A stretch of DNA of 64,000 bases, taken from positions 28,267 to 92,266 of the forward strand of contig MCFE01000335.1 in the NCBI GenBank assembly GCA_002104905.1. The letters run 5' to 3'. The DNA comes from Basidiobolus meristosporus CBS 931.73 (Eukaryota; Fungi; Basidiobolomycota). This document shows positions 11,738-24,100 of the stretch, in pieces; within the stretch, counting starts at the first letter, position 1, and every line of letters begins with the position of its first letter. The notes under the pieces were generated by a model. That model was not told where the DNA came from and searched no databases. It worked only from the letters and a program-made list of their open reading frames with translations. Both the position numbers and the translations under genes were made by a program.

Positions 11738-12657
11738 TGTTGTATTATAATTAGTTTGTGGCTTCTGATGTGATAAAGGGGATAACCAATATTATACAAC
11801 AAATTTCATTATGCCAGTACTGAAATAGGTGATTGGGAGCTTAATATACAAACAGAAAATGCAACTTTCACTAATATCTTAACCTTGGGCTCAAAAAATA
11901 GTGTAGGCAGTAATTCTCACTTATATAGCAGAGTACCAACCTTCTGTTGACTACTTGGCCAATTAACTTTTGGAGCAGCTTTTCTAGCTTTAGATGTCTC
12001 TTTCCTTTTGAGGCAGATATCCCCTTATTAGGATATTTAGAACTGTCCCTTAACCTGCAAGTGCGTGGTAAAGAGGTCTCTAAAGGATACCTATAGACCT
12101 GAATGGGCATCTAGCAGGATGCCTTTAGAGTAAAGGGGCTCTTGGAGGGACACGTTTCTGACAGAAATGTGGGAGTGTTCCTTGTGAAAATTTGATGGAA
12201 TTCTTGTGAGCTTTGCAGTCACTTTACTGATGTAGTACCAATCCAAATGCTCAACAGTGCAAGTGATAAAATGTGGTCTTGAATACATAGGTACAGCACC
12301 AGTGAAATAAATGATGTGATTTGGCTGACTGGTTCAAAAGCTACATGTAGTCAAAGTCACCATGGTAATTGTAGTGATTGAGGCCTAGTATATGTGGTTA
12401 TTGAGCTCTTGTGATCAAAACTACTTAAGCACTTGTCCAAATGAGCTGCATTTTGAAAAATGTGCAGGCTACTGCGTGTACTGCATGACATAATATTCTT
12501 GGATGGATTGGTTCTCAAAGTCTTGGACTTTTGTCCCTCAATGTTGAGTATTTGTAATACTTCATTTCTATGTGATGGTAGCAAAAGGCAAGACAAAGCA
12601 ATGTGTGCAATATTGGTTTTGTGATATTATAGTAATGGCATAGTTTCTATTAGCACA
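11738..12657 (-). repeat. LTR-like repeat family C (TG...CA bounded), inverted copy
   Basis: Reverse complement aligns with 19531-20965 and 28126-29146, including both termini of the 19531 copy. Confidence 0.7.
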
Positions 12658-12679
12658 GGACATCTCAGGCTCACAGCAA

Positions 12680-13055
12680 AGTAGGCAACTAAGTATCTCT
12701 GCAGAGCTGTCAGATTAGCAAAATGTTCAGAGAGATGTGCATGTGGAAAAAGCAGTACCTAAGACAGAGGACCAGCAAATGACCATCATAACTAATGCAA
12801 GAGTCTTAGAGCTGTTAGAAGTGATTGGCAGAACTAGCAGATAGTGGCTTTCACTAATTTTTTATTGATTGTAAAAGTAGACTTGATACTATATTTGTCT
12901 CTTGCTGATAGTTTAGTGAATATGTCTGCAAATATTTCATCTGTAGGGCAGCAAACCAAGTTAATCAAGTTATTCTTCATAGGTTTATGTATGAAATCAT
13001 ATCCAATATCTGTGTGCTTAGCTCTTACTTGAGAAGTTAAATCTCTATCTAATTG
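12680..13055 (-). pseudogene. pol: Ty1/Copia pol 3' end (RNase H C-terminus); left boundary approximate
   Basis: Minus-strand translation RAKHTDIGYDFIH...CCPTDEIFADIFTKL matches the Copia RAKHIDIRYHFIR...PT.EM.ADIFTK motif. Continues at 21156 across the Gypsy A insertion. Confidence 0.8.
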
Positions 13056-13424
13056 TGTTATGATCTACCACTTGAATATTTAAGTTAGATCAGTTTTTTG
13101 TCATATCAATTAGTTATATGTTCAGCTTATCAGTATATCAGTGTTATCTATCAAATCAGTGGCATTAGTCAGTATATAAATCAGCAGATCCTTATCAGAC
13201 AGTAATAAATATATTAAGCAGGATCTTATTGGGTGATGATGATGCAATCAAATGAGTCATCAGTCACAACCTACATTAGGAGAAACAATTAGTCAGCAAT
13301 TGATCTGGCAAAATGTATATAAGGAGCTGCTGGAGCCTCAATAAAAATTAGTTCAAGTTTTAGTGAGAACAATAGTAGCTATACTCCCTATTCCTCTACA
13401 AATCTTATTCCAAGATTTGTAGCA
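13056..13424 (+). repeat. Gypsy A 5' LTR (369 bp)
   Basis: TGTTA...TAGCA; paralogs at 19350-21155 (split), 31598-31965 and 34994-35361. Confidence 0.85.
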
Positions 13425-13498
13425 TTTGTTGCAGCATTAACCAAAAACCTACCTCCTGAAGAAAGAAAAAGCCTCCCTCATTTGTCCAAAAATCAAGA

Positions 13499-14466
13499 AT
13501 GGAGGAATGCTATGCAGCAAATCCAGGCCCAGCAGCAATGTTACTACAGATCCTTAGCCAGCAGCAACAAGGAATGACTGCTATTGCCCAAAGCCAGCAA
13601 AACCCTGTCAAGAGCAACTTTAGTGTGAAGGTACACTGGTTCCATGGTAGAGTCAATGAAAATCTGGGAACTTGGCTCTTCCTGACAGAAGAAGCTTTCA
13701 ACGCTAAGGGAATTGCTCCAGAAAGCAAGTTACATATGCAGCCTCTTACCTGCCAGATGCAGCTTTACAGTGATAGCATAACAAGATCAGGTCAGCCACC
13801 ATGATGGGATGCTCTACAATCTCTACCTGGGATGAGTTTGTGTTGGAAATTTAGGATGATTTTGAACCTCCACACCAGCAGACACCACTAAGAAGAAAGC
13901 TGAAGAAACTCAGACTGAAAGGAATGGTTCAAGAGAGCATCTATGAATATAGATGTCTACTAGGACAAGTTGAAAGAATGAACCCCCTGGATCAAGTGGA
14001 ATACTTTATTGATGGGCTAAATGAAAGTACTTGCAAGGAAGTGAATTATCAAAGTCACCAGGCTATTGAAGAAGCCATCAAGATTGCCATTAACTATAAC
14101 TCAGCTATGTTTGGGGTTGGTAAGCCCACAATCACTAATCAGAGAGGCTACAATCACTATGAAAGAAGACAATCAGAAGCAGTGCCAGTAGAAATAGATA
14201 CGCTGCAGAAGAATTCTACCACAGAAGAATGTAAGAAGAAGGGACTTTGCTTCAATTGCCACAAGCAGGGATATATTGCAAAGTTCTGCCCTCAGAAAAG
14301 AAATGAGCACCAGCCATCAAGAACCTTCAGCCATATTGAAGCCCTTGAGCATAGCAATATGGAGGATGAACTCAAACAAGACTCAGAATTCACCTCCCAT
14401 ATGACAGAAGAATACCTATCCCAGATGACCTCAAACTCAGGAAGCTATTTTACTCAAAGAGAATAA
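13499..14466 (+). pseudogene. gag: Gypsy A gag (retrotransposon gag plus CCHC zinc knuckle), with stops
   Basis: ORF 13924-14466 has VPVEID and CFNCHKQGYIAKFCP (degenerate CX2CX4HX4C); ORF 13499-13804 is the capsid N-terminus. Confidence 0.8.
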
Positions 14467-16531
14467 TTAACAGAGTACCTGCCAAGATTGTGAATGGCTC
14501 AGGAGCATTGCATGAGTAAATATCAGGGCAATTTGCTTTTAGGGCTGGAATCAACTTGGAACCTACCAAATCAGCTTCAGTTTCAACAGCTGATGGGAAC
14601 TCTCACATAATCAACCATATTACTCAGCCAGTAAGGATGAAGATCAATGACTATGAAGAAGACCTACAGGTCTATATATTTAGGAACTGCAGGTTTGACC
14701 TTGTATTTGGAAAAACCTGTCTATTTTGTTGTGATCTATCAATCAACTAGAGCACCCAGATGTTCCTTATGCTGGTATTACAAGTGGATTCCTCTACTTG
14801 CGTACCCCAGAAAGTCATGACTCATTTGAAGGAATATTTAAAAGTATTTCCAGATGAACTTGGTAGCCTACCACCAGTCAGAGATGTGGATCTTGCCATT
14901 GACACAGGAGATAGCCCTCCAGTGAGTAAGACACCTTACTGAATGAGTCAATTGGAATTGGAAGAGATGAAGAGACAAATAGATCAGTTATTGGAGCATG
15001 GATATATCAGACCCAGCAAGTCCCCTTGGGGAGCACCAGTACTATTTGTGAAGAGGAAGGATGGCAAACTTAGGATGTGCATTGACTACAGAGCCCTCAA
15101 CTTGGTTACCATAAAGAATAAGTACCCCATACCTTGAATTGAAGATCTTTTGGACCAACTCAATGGAGCCGCTATATTCAGCAAGATTGACCTTGTGTCA
15201 GGATACAACAAGATCAGTGTGAAGCCAGAAGACATCCCTAAGACAGCATTCAGGACCAGATATGGACATTACAAGTACTTAGTCATGAGTTTTGATCTCA
15301 CTAATGCCCCTTCAACATTCATAACCCTGATGCAGACTATCTTTCAGGTGTATTTAGACAGGTTTATGATAATCTACCTAGATGACATATAAATATACAG
15401 CAAGACAGTAGAGGATCACCTGGTGCACATTAAAAGGTCTTGATGAAGTAAAGAGAAAACAAGCTATATGGCAAGCTACCCAAGTGTGAATTCTTCAAGG
15501 AACATGCTGAATATCTGGGACATAGAGTGACTTGCACAGGAGTGACCTTGGACCCTAAAAAGGTTGAAGCTGTCAAGAATCTGAAGTAGCCCCATAGCAT
15601 ATTGGAACTCAGATCATTCCTTTGACTGGTTTCCTATTATTGGAGATTTGTCAAGTCCTTTGCAAATATGGCAGCTCCTTCAACTGATATCCTCAAAAAA
15701 GGCAATACCTACAAGTGGGACATAGCTTGTGAGACTGCCTTTGGGATGCTCAAGAATGAGCTTGCTAAGTTGCCAAGCTTAAGAATACCTGACTTCAGAA
15801 AAGAGTTTACTCTGTGTGCAGATGCTTCAGATTATGCAATTGGTGGAGTGTTGAGTCAAGAACATGAGGGAAAGGACTACACAGTTGCCTTTGAAAGCTA
15901 GGAACCAGACTTAGCGGAACAAAGCTATCCAGTGCATGGGAAGGAGATGCTTGCTATAATACACTGCTTGATGACATGGAGATGCTATATTGCAGGAGTC
16001 AAATGCACTGTGAAGACTGATCATGCCTCCCTCAAGTATATATTTACTCAGAAGGTACTCTCTAGAAGAATGACAAGATGGAGTGAATACATTCAGCAAT
16101 TTGACCTGGAGATTGTCTACTGCCCTAGGATAAAACAACAAGGTTGCTGATGCCTTATCAAGATTAGATCAAGTTGCACAACTCCACTTGGTGCATGAAT
16201 CAGATTGGCCTAGCCTATTACCAAAGTACTTGGAGGACCAAGCCACTCCTGAATGAGGTGGATGAAGAGATAAAGAAGATAATCCGTGATGAAGCCAGCA
16301 AATTTGTAATACAGGATGAAACACACTATCAATTGTTGATGGAAGCCCAATTGCCTATTGCCCTTACATTTCTTGCCTGGATTTAATACATAAGCTACAC
16401 AATGGATATGGACATCTTGGAATTGAAGGAACATATAGCCTTGTGAGAGCCAGAGCATGGTGGCCCTGAATGAAACAAGACATTAGAAGCTAGTAAAGAC
16501 ATGCTCAAATTGCCAAATCAACCATGGCATA
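14467..16531 (+). pseudogene. pol: Gypsy A pol (protease, RT, RNase H, start of integrase), degraded
   Basis: [56 protein letters not shown] motifs in ORFs 14943-16150. Confidence 0.9.
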
Positions 16532-19292
16532 GATATCCAAGTGTGTGCTCTACCCTCACTCTGAAATAATTAAATATCTCATTGTAGAGCTTCTGCTTCC
16601 TGCTAAGCCCACCATTCCTTGGCTTCCTATAAGCTGTAGGACATCCTAATCTTTGACAATCCTCTCCTATATAAGCTAAGTCTGCCATACATTTCTCCCC
16701 TCTACTGAATTCTGGATGATTCTCTACCCAGAGTGCTTTGTCATGCCTACTTCCAGCAAATGGCCCACTAAACCAGATGATGTACCCTCAACATCAGACA
16801 GTGTGGGAAGCTTCACACAGTGTGCCTTGTACTTGCCAGAATAAAAGTGCCTCTGCCATCTAGAGTTCTGTTGATCCTGACTGGGAAGCTATCCAAAATA
16901 ATACAGATATGGAACCTGTATATGACTAATTTAGCATGAATATTTTGGTGACAACTTAATAGTTACAACAACCCTCAATGTCAGACAGTACTTGAAGCTT
17001 CACTCAGTGTGCCTTGTACTTGCCAGAATAAAAGTGCCTCTGCCCACTAGAAGGTCTGTTAATCCTGACTGGGAAGGTTTCCAAAATACTCCTTATATGG
17101 AACCTGTTGCTGAACACTCTGGGATATGGAAGTCTGTAGGAGCTTCTGAACCTAATATTCCATGCTTGCTCTAAGTCATTTATATCCTCTGCAAGGTGGT
17201 TCTCCATTGCTGTCAGCTGGGAATAAAAACTTATAGGACTTTTGTTGCCATGGATGGTGGGACAAAACCTTGTGGGGCAATAGTTCTTGTAATAGCAGAG
17301 AAGCTTAACAAGGGATCTCCTTGAGTAGAATGGGGTAGATGTTCCACATTACTGGGTATAGATCTCCTCAAGTGTGTCAGAAGGAAATCCAGTAGTAGTG
17401 ATGGGATTGTTGAGAAAGGGCCATTCAGATGAGTAAGTCATAATAAAGCTGGTAGGTGATTGGGCTGAGGTGTATTGATCTGATTTGGAGCAATCTACTT
17501 TATTTATCTGAATTTCCATGCATTGCAATTAAATCTCCATCAATTGCCATGTATCCCATCATACGTTGCAAAAATCATCCGCTAACAATGACTTAATATT
17601 TTTATTGATGCTTTACTCACAAATCTATAATAGACAGAAAATCTGCAATTGATGGGATCAGATCTGTGTCAATGTGATCCAAGATACATCATGCATAATA
17701 TATAGAAAACTCATCAATCAAATTAGTTTTCATATATACTTTATATAAGACCAGGTTGATGCCAACACATTACTCTATAAATATCCAAATTCATCACTTT
17801 GGTCCCTATATCAAGTCTCATCTTATCTTTAGTACAACCCAGACAAAACCCTTCCCCCAGCTCACAAGTGTGGCCAGGACTGGAGAAGTTGATATTGGAT
17901 CCATTTAAGTTCTCACCAAATGATTTTAGTATGGCCTTAGTATCTATGATGAGCCTTCATACAGATATTTTGGGACTACTTATCAATCTAGCAGAACTAG
18001 ATACCTCAGAGAGTCAACAAGGATGGAAAAACCTGAGTAGAAAGCTGTGGTATGAGTTCTACTTCAAGATGTCAGCAAATGTATGTAAGAAGATATATAA
18101 CAAGACAAGAATTGAAATCAAGAATGAGGTGAGAGTGATGGGATTTGATTAGTAGCCATACAGGAACAATTTTGCACGCAATTTGCACAGTACAGTCTGG
18201 ACACATCCATTTAGGCCGCAACTTTGGGAACAAAAGTGATTTTGAATGAGTTTTTGCCTCAAATGACTAGTATGCCATATGATATATTAGTAGAGCTAAG
18301 TGGCTTCTAAGAGCAAAATACACAGGAATCATCCAGGCAACAGTTCCAAAGTATCACACAGAGGGTAAGTAAATACCTTGAGGAATCAGAAGGTGAGCTT
18401 CAAGAGGAAGAATAAAGACTGCAAGCAACAACATCTAGATTGCTCCAGCACTCCTTGCGGGATTCCTTACCATTCCTTGCAACATCAGTGCACCCCACAT
18501 ATCAGTCCAAGCTACGACAACACCCTTCACAAGAGCTCCTTGAATCAAGTCAATGTGTGCCAGATCAACAGGCATGCTTCAGAGCAAAACCACCAGAACT
18601 TGCCAAACTGCTCATTTAGACACAAGTCCATTGGAGTGGGCCAAATTGTGTCAACAAGTGGCATCACATTGAACTCAGCCAAGGGCCATGCCAGCCCATC
18701 AAGTTGCATCTGCAGGTGCCATTACACCTGACCATCAGTGAGTTTCCTCTAGTGAATTGACTGATGATAACCCACAAGAATTGCCTTCACTACTGGAGCC
18801 TTTGGCAAGTAAAAGAACGCGTCAGCATGTAGCACTGCAGGCCAGATCAGTTGCATCATCTGGGGCAATTAAGCATGGCCAAGCTGTAGCATTGTACTCA
18901 TCAGCTAGGAGGCAAAATACTGACTACAAATACACAAGTAGCCAAGAGGATAGTAAACAAGGAAGTAGTTTAGGTGTGCAAGGTGAATCACTACCATATG
19001 CTTCAGTAGTAATCCCTATGAGAGTAAAACCTAGGTGAAGATGATGTCACTACATTGAATTGCTATTACTTGTCATGATCCAGACAATGCATCAGTGATC
19101 ACTAAACTTTTGGTATCAGCAATAACAAGGCTCATTGTGTCAGATTGTGCCATAGTGTGCAAGATTGTCCCACATAGTGTGAAATTGTCCAAGATTAATC
19201 CTGCTTATTGGTAGTTATAATATTGCGCCCAATTTTTCTTAGTGACTGCAGATTGTGCCACGCACCCTGGCACAGTATGACGGAACAAGTCT
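16532..19292 (-). mobile_element. PHIS transposon copy 3, truncated at the transposase end, with an internal duplication and a deletion
   Basis: Right TIR GGAACAAGTCT ends at 19292, followed by ATT and Gypsy A 3' sequence (compare 31541 ATTGGTATCACAAGAAAA). Transposase relic 16532-17441 (minus); ORF2 relic 17799-19038 (plus). Confidence 0.88.
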
Positions 19293-19530
19293 ATTGGTAT
19301 CACAAGAAAAGAGTTAGAGGAGAACCCTCTCAACTTGAGTAGGGGAAAATGATATGATCTGCCACTTGAATGGCTAAGTTAGAGCAGTTTTTGGACAAAT
19401 CAATTAGTTATATGTTTAGCCTATCAGTATATAAGTGTTGTCTATCAAATTAGTAGCATTAGTCAGCAGATGAATCAGCAGATCCTTATTAGACAGGAAT
19501 AGATATATTGAGTAGGATTGTATTGGGTGA

Positions 19531-20965
19531 TGTGTGGTAATGGAAAGTATACCAATACTACAATATCTCAAAGCCAATATTGCACTCATTTCTTTATTTT
19601 GCTTTTTGCTATTGTAACTCACAAGTGAAAGATCAAGAAATTTCAACTTTGAAGGACTAATACTCCAGACCCTGACAAGCAATCCACCCAAGAATACTAT
19701 GCCATAGTGAACATGGAGTAACCAACATATGTTTCAAATTACAGCTCATTTGCAGCAGTACTTGAGGAGTTATTACCAAAAGAGTCTAATTATAAGACTT
19801 ATTCTATCATTCCAGCTGATCATAGTGCCCAAGAGTGCCATAGCATGCCAGATGGTGCCTGATCATGCCACAGAGTGCCAGATGATGCTATACAATGCCA
19901 ATTTGGGATCAAAATTGACATACACATGACCCTAAAATATCAAATTAATAGCAAAACATACAGCACTTTCTGGCACTATGATCAATAGCACAATGGAACA
20001 AGTCTATTATACATACTAGGCCACTATTGCTAGAATTACTATGGTGACTTTGATTGTGTGTAACTTTTGAACCAGCCAATCAAATCACGTAAAGTTTTCA
20101 CAGGTGCTGCACTTATGTCCAATCTGCGCTACTGCAGAACTTTAGCTCTGTATCATGTGTATTGCTTGCCCAAAAACCTTGATCCTTTGGAAATTTCATA
20201 TATATGACTTCCCCAGCTGAAAAATAAGGAGAGCCTCTCTTTCTAGAATCTCCACACTACAATTACAAGCTCAAAGGTTATAGACTTCCCCTGCATCACT
20301 TGCACTGTTGAGTATTCTGGCTCTGATTGGTACTACATCAGTAAAGAGACTGCAAAGCTCACAAGAATCCAATCAAAGTTCTACAAGAAACTATCACTTT
20401 TCTGTTGGAAAAGTCCCCTCTGAGAAACCCTTTCCTCAATTGACACCCTGAAAGACACCCCTTTAGTCTAAAAACCCCTTTAGAGACCCCTTTAAGAAAC
20501 TCCTTTACTCTAAAGAAGCCCCTTTAGTGTAAAGTCCACTTTAGAGACCACTACAAGAAGCCCCTTTACTCTAAAGACACCCCTTTGGACACCCCTTTAA
20601 GTCTTAAGGCCCATTGAGAGAATTCTACAACACACCCCTTTAGGTTAAAGGGGAGCTCAAAATTTCTGTATCAAGAAATATTTCCTCAGATGGAAAGTGA
20701 CTTCTAAGTAAGGAAAAGTTATTATAAAAATACATAAGCCCATTAGTTGGCAGAAGGTCAGAAAACTGCTGTAGAAGTGAGAAACACTGCCAATAGTATA
20801 TTTTGAGCCTAAGATCAAGGATATTAGTGAGAGTTTTATCTTCTTTTGGTATATCAAGCTCCCAATAAACTAATTCAGTAGTAGCATACTGAAAGTTGTT
20901 GTATATTGTTGATTAGACTCTACATTGTAGAACAAGCTCTAAACTAGTCATAATACAACACAACA
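19531..20965 (+). repeat. LTR-like repeat family C inserted in the Gypsy A 3' LTR
   Basis: TGTGTGG...CAACA termini; imperfect 5-bp TSD GGTGA/GATGA; LTR A sequence resumes at 20966. Confidence 0.75.
19795..20005. mobile_element. 211-bp MITE with PHIS-family TIRs
   Basis: AGACTTATTCTAT...ATGGAACAAGTCT (11/13 inverted match); internal AGTGCC/ATGCC repeats; absent at the same site in the family C copies near 12400 and 28390. Confidence 0.7.
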
Positions 20966-21155
20966 GATGATGATGCAATCAAATGAGTCATCAGCCACAG
21001 CCTACATTAGGAAATACAATTAGTCATCAATTGATCTGGCAAAATGTATATTAGGAGCTGCTGGAACCTCAATGAAAATTGGCTCAAGTTTTAGTGAATA
21101 CAATACTAGCTAAACTCCCTATTCCTCTACAACTCTTATACCAAGATTTGTAACA

Positions 21156-24100
21156 ATTGCATGCACCCATATTATTGTGATATAATGTTGTAGACATTTT
21201 TGATAAAAACCTAAATCTCTAAAGCGCTTCCTTTCCAACATATCTTCTTTTGTAGCCTAACAGACTGCCATATAATCTACCTCTGTGGTGGAAAGTGCTA
21301 TGAAAGTTGCTTTTGTGAATTCCAGCAAGTTGCTCTTTTTCAGTAACAAAAGTGTAATGAGTGGTGTATCATCTGTCTTCAAGACTATGTTCCCAATCAG
21401 CATTAAAGCATCACAGATAATCCTGCTCTAAATCAATATATGAGTACCTCAAGCAGATATAAGCAATTCCTCTTGGGTATTTCAAAATTGGCTTAATTGC
21501 TGCAATATGATATGTTCCATAGTGCTAATTATGCTAGGTGACAGCTGCCACTGAATTTGAGATGTTGGGGCATTTTCAAAGCATGACATATGTCATCATG
21601 GTGACCATACATTGATAAGTAAAGTCAGGGCTTCTGGATGGCACCAAGCTCTGTTGATTTGGTGGAGAAGTGACTAACTTAAGGTATGCCTCCATTGGAG
21701 TGGTCACCAGATTACAATTTTCCAGCTGATATTTTTAAGTATATCTTAGATATACTAGACTGACTACAGGTGATAGTCTAGGTACTGCTGTCTATGAAGC
21801 ACCTTATTCCTGAGTAGTGACAAGTTCTCCTAGATTGGAAGTATGCAATTTAATAGATAGGCTGGATTTAGTTGCTTTTGAGATTTCTTTGTTATTGGTG
21901 ACTGTAAGATCATCTACATATAGAGCTAATAGAACTGGATTTGCCCTGTCTGGCCTATAGCAGATACTATAATCAGCTGTACTCCTTTAAAGGCTCAAAG
22001 ATTTCAGATAAGAATGTATCTTGCAATTACTGGCTCTTAAGGATTGTTGCAGACCTTGTATTGACTTTTAAGCTTACAGACCAATTGTGGGGTGATATCG
22101 GTCAACATGCCCATAAGGCCAGTCCATGTATATATCTCCACAAGCTTAACCATTGCAAAATGTAGTTTTTAGATGCATTTGGTATAATAAAACATATATT
22201 TGGCTGCAATAGCCAATATTAGCTCAATGGAATACAATTTGGCTACCAACACAAAGGTTGTAGTATAGTCAAGTTATTTTGCTAAAAGTATCCTTTGGCC
22301 ACAAAGTGAAACTAATAGACATAAAGCAAGTCATCTGTCTTAAATTTTGTCTTGAAGACCCATCTGTTGCAAAAGTTTGTAATTCCACCTAAATAATCAC
22401 CCACCTTAGTCACTTAGATCATTACCTTCAGATCCTAGAAAAACTGACCAAATTACTTGTTGGGATTTACTCAAAATATTTTCACCAAAATACCAGGTAC
22501 TCAGAACATGAAAATTCTTAAAGTTGTCCAAACAGCCCTAAACTTTGCACACATGCTCTTGGGACCTTCCTTAAGCAATTCTACATGTTAGTACTGCCAA
22601 GAGCATGTAAAAGTATGAATACTACTTTACATTCAATAAATCATTAAGTGAAAACCACATAATCTGGTTATCCTCCCAATTACTTCCAAAATATACAAGA
22701 TTCTTGCAACACCATCTGCATCCAATTGATTTATGATTGACTTGTAATTTGGCTATGATGGAATTTTGATTTTTTACTCCTAGTCATTGCATATCTCCAA
22801 AAGCCTGTCTGAGAGCAATATTGAGCCTCTTTTACAGTCTGGAGCTCACCAATATTGACTGAGTAGGGATAAACTAAGTTGGCATCCTCATTGATATTGT
22901 AATATGGGCTATATCAGGTATGCTAAGATCTCCTGGATTATATGACTGGAATGAGCACTGTAGATTAATTTTAGGTACTAATTCAGGTAAAACCACAGTG
23001 GTAGAGTCCCCTGGAGTGAAAGAACTCTCAGTGTTGTACTCTCATTCAACCTCTACTATTGGTAGAGTGCATATTTTTGTCATCATCCCATGTCATTTCT
23101 TGTAAGTTGCATGTTTTCATCAAATATCACACCCTTTGACTGGTTAAGCATCTTTGCTTTTCCATTGAAGAGTCCTCATGCCCTACTCTCATTGCAGTAG
23201 CCCAAAAATATGTGTTTAGCACTTTTTGGTGCATATTTTGACTGATTTATGGTCAGTTTCTTCGCATAAGATGTGCACCCAAATATTCTTTTGTTTTGTG
23301 ATAACACTATGCCTTATGTGGAGTGTATTTACAAAGTATTTTGCTATAACTCCTTTCTCAGCAATATACTGCTGTAGCAACTGTTTTACCTTACATCATT
23401 CAATATTTTTTGATCAGGAATTATAGATCTTTCAGTGTGAGCTATTAGTCTGTTATCATGCTCTGCCACTGTATTTTGCCGTAGAGAATATGATAGAGTG
23501 GCCTCTTGCTTTATCCCATGAATTTTGCAGAAGTAGATGAAGAGCTTTGAGTCACTTTTTCCACCTTTGTCAGAGCATTTTTCTTGATTCTTCCACCAGT
23601 TTCTCTCTCCTACATTGTCATAAGCTCTCTGAGCTTAATCAAAGCTACTTCCTCTTTTTCTATGAAGTAGACCAACATGCATTTTGTGTAATAATCATCA
23701 AAAGTGACTAAATACATCATCCTGCCTAATGTTATATCTGACTATGCCTGCACAGAGCTTGGTGAAATAGATGTAAATGTCTACCAGTTTGATTGACACA
23801 GGGCTCTGATAACTGTCTGGCTTCTTTCCCATATACTCAGGCAGCACAGTGCTCCAAATTAGCAACAGGATCAATTTTTACATTGGAAATTAGCTGATTG
23901 TTAGTCACTTTGCTCAAAAATTCAAAGTTGATGAATCCAAGTCACCTGTGCCAAAGCATTGGTGTTTCCTCACGCAAGTCAGTAGTATTGGCATCCATAT
24001 ATGATGAAATATAAGCCAGCTTGTGCAGATTCAAATTCCTAATACTTAAAGCAGTATAGGCACCATCTTGATCAGTAATCCTGCTTTCAGAATTGCCATA

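Larger units (their letters stand above)
13056..21155 (+). mobile_element. Ty3/Gypsy family A element copy 1 (integrase region deleted; nested PHIS and family C insertions)
   Basis: 5' LTR 13056-13424; 3' LTR 19350-19530 plus 20966-21155; PPT AGTAGGGGAAAA before 19350; 4-bp TSD ATTG at 13052-13055 and 21156-21159. Confidence 0.85.

Noticed and set aside
20440-20650. CCCCTTTAG repeats with variable spacers as a CRISPR array or telomeric tract
   Set aside because: Units are ~9 bp, spacers are short and self-similar, there are no cas genes and the context is eukaryotic TE. The motif is not CCCTAA or CCCTAAA.
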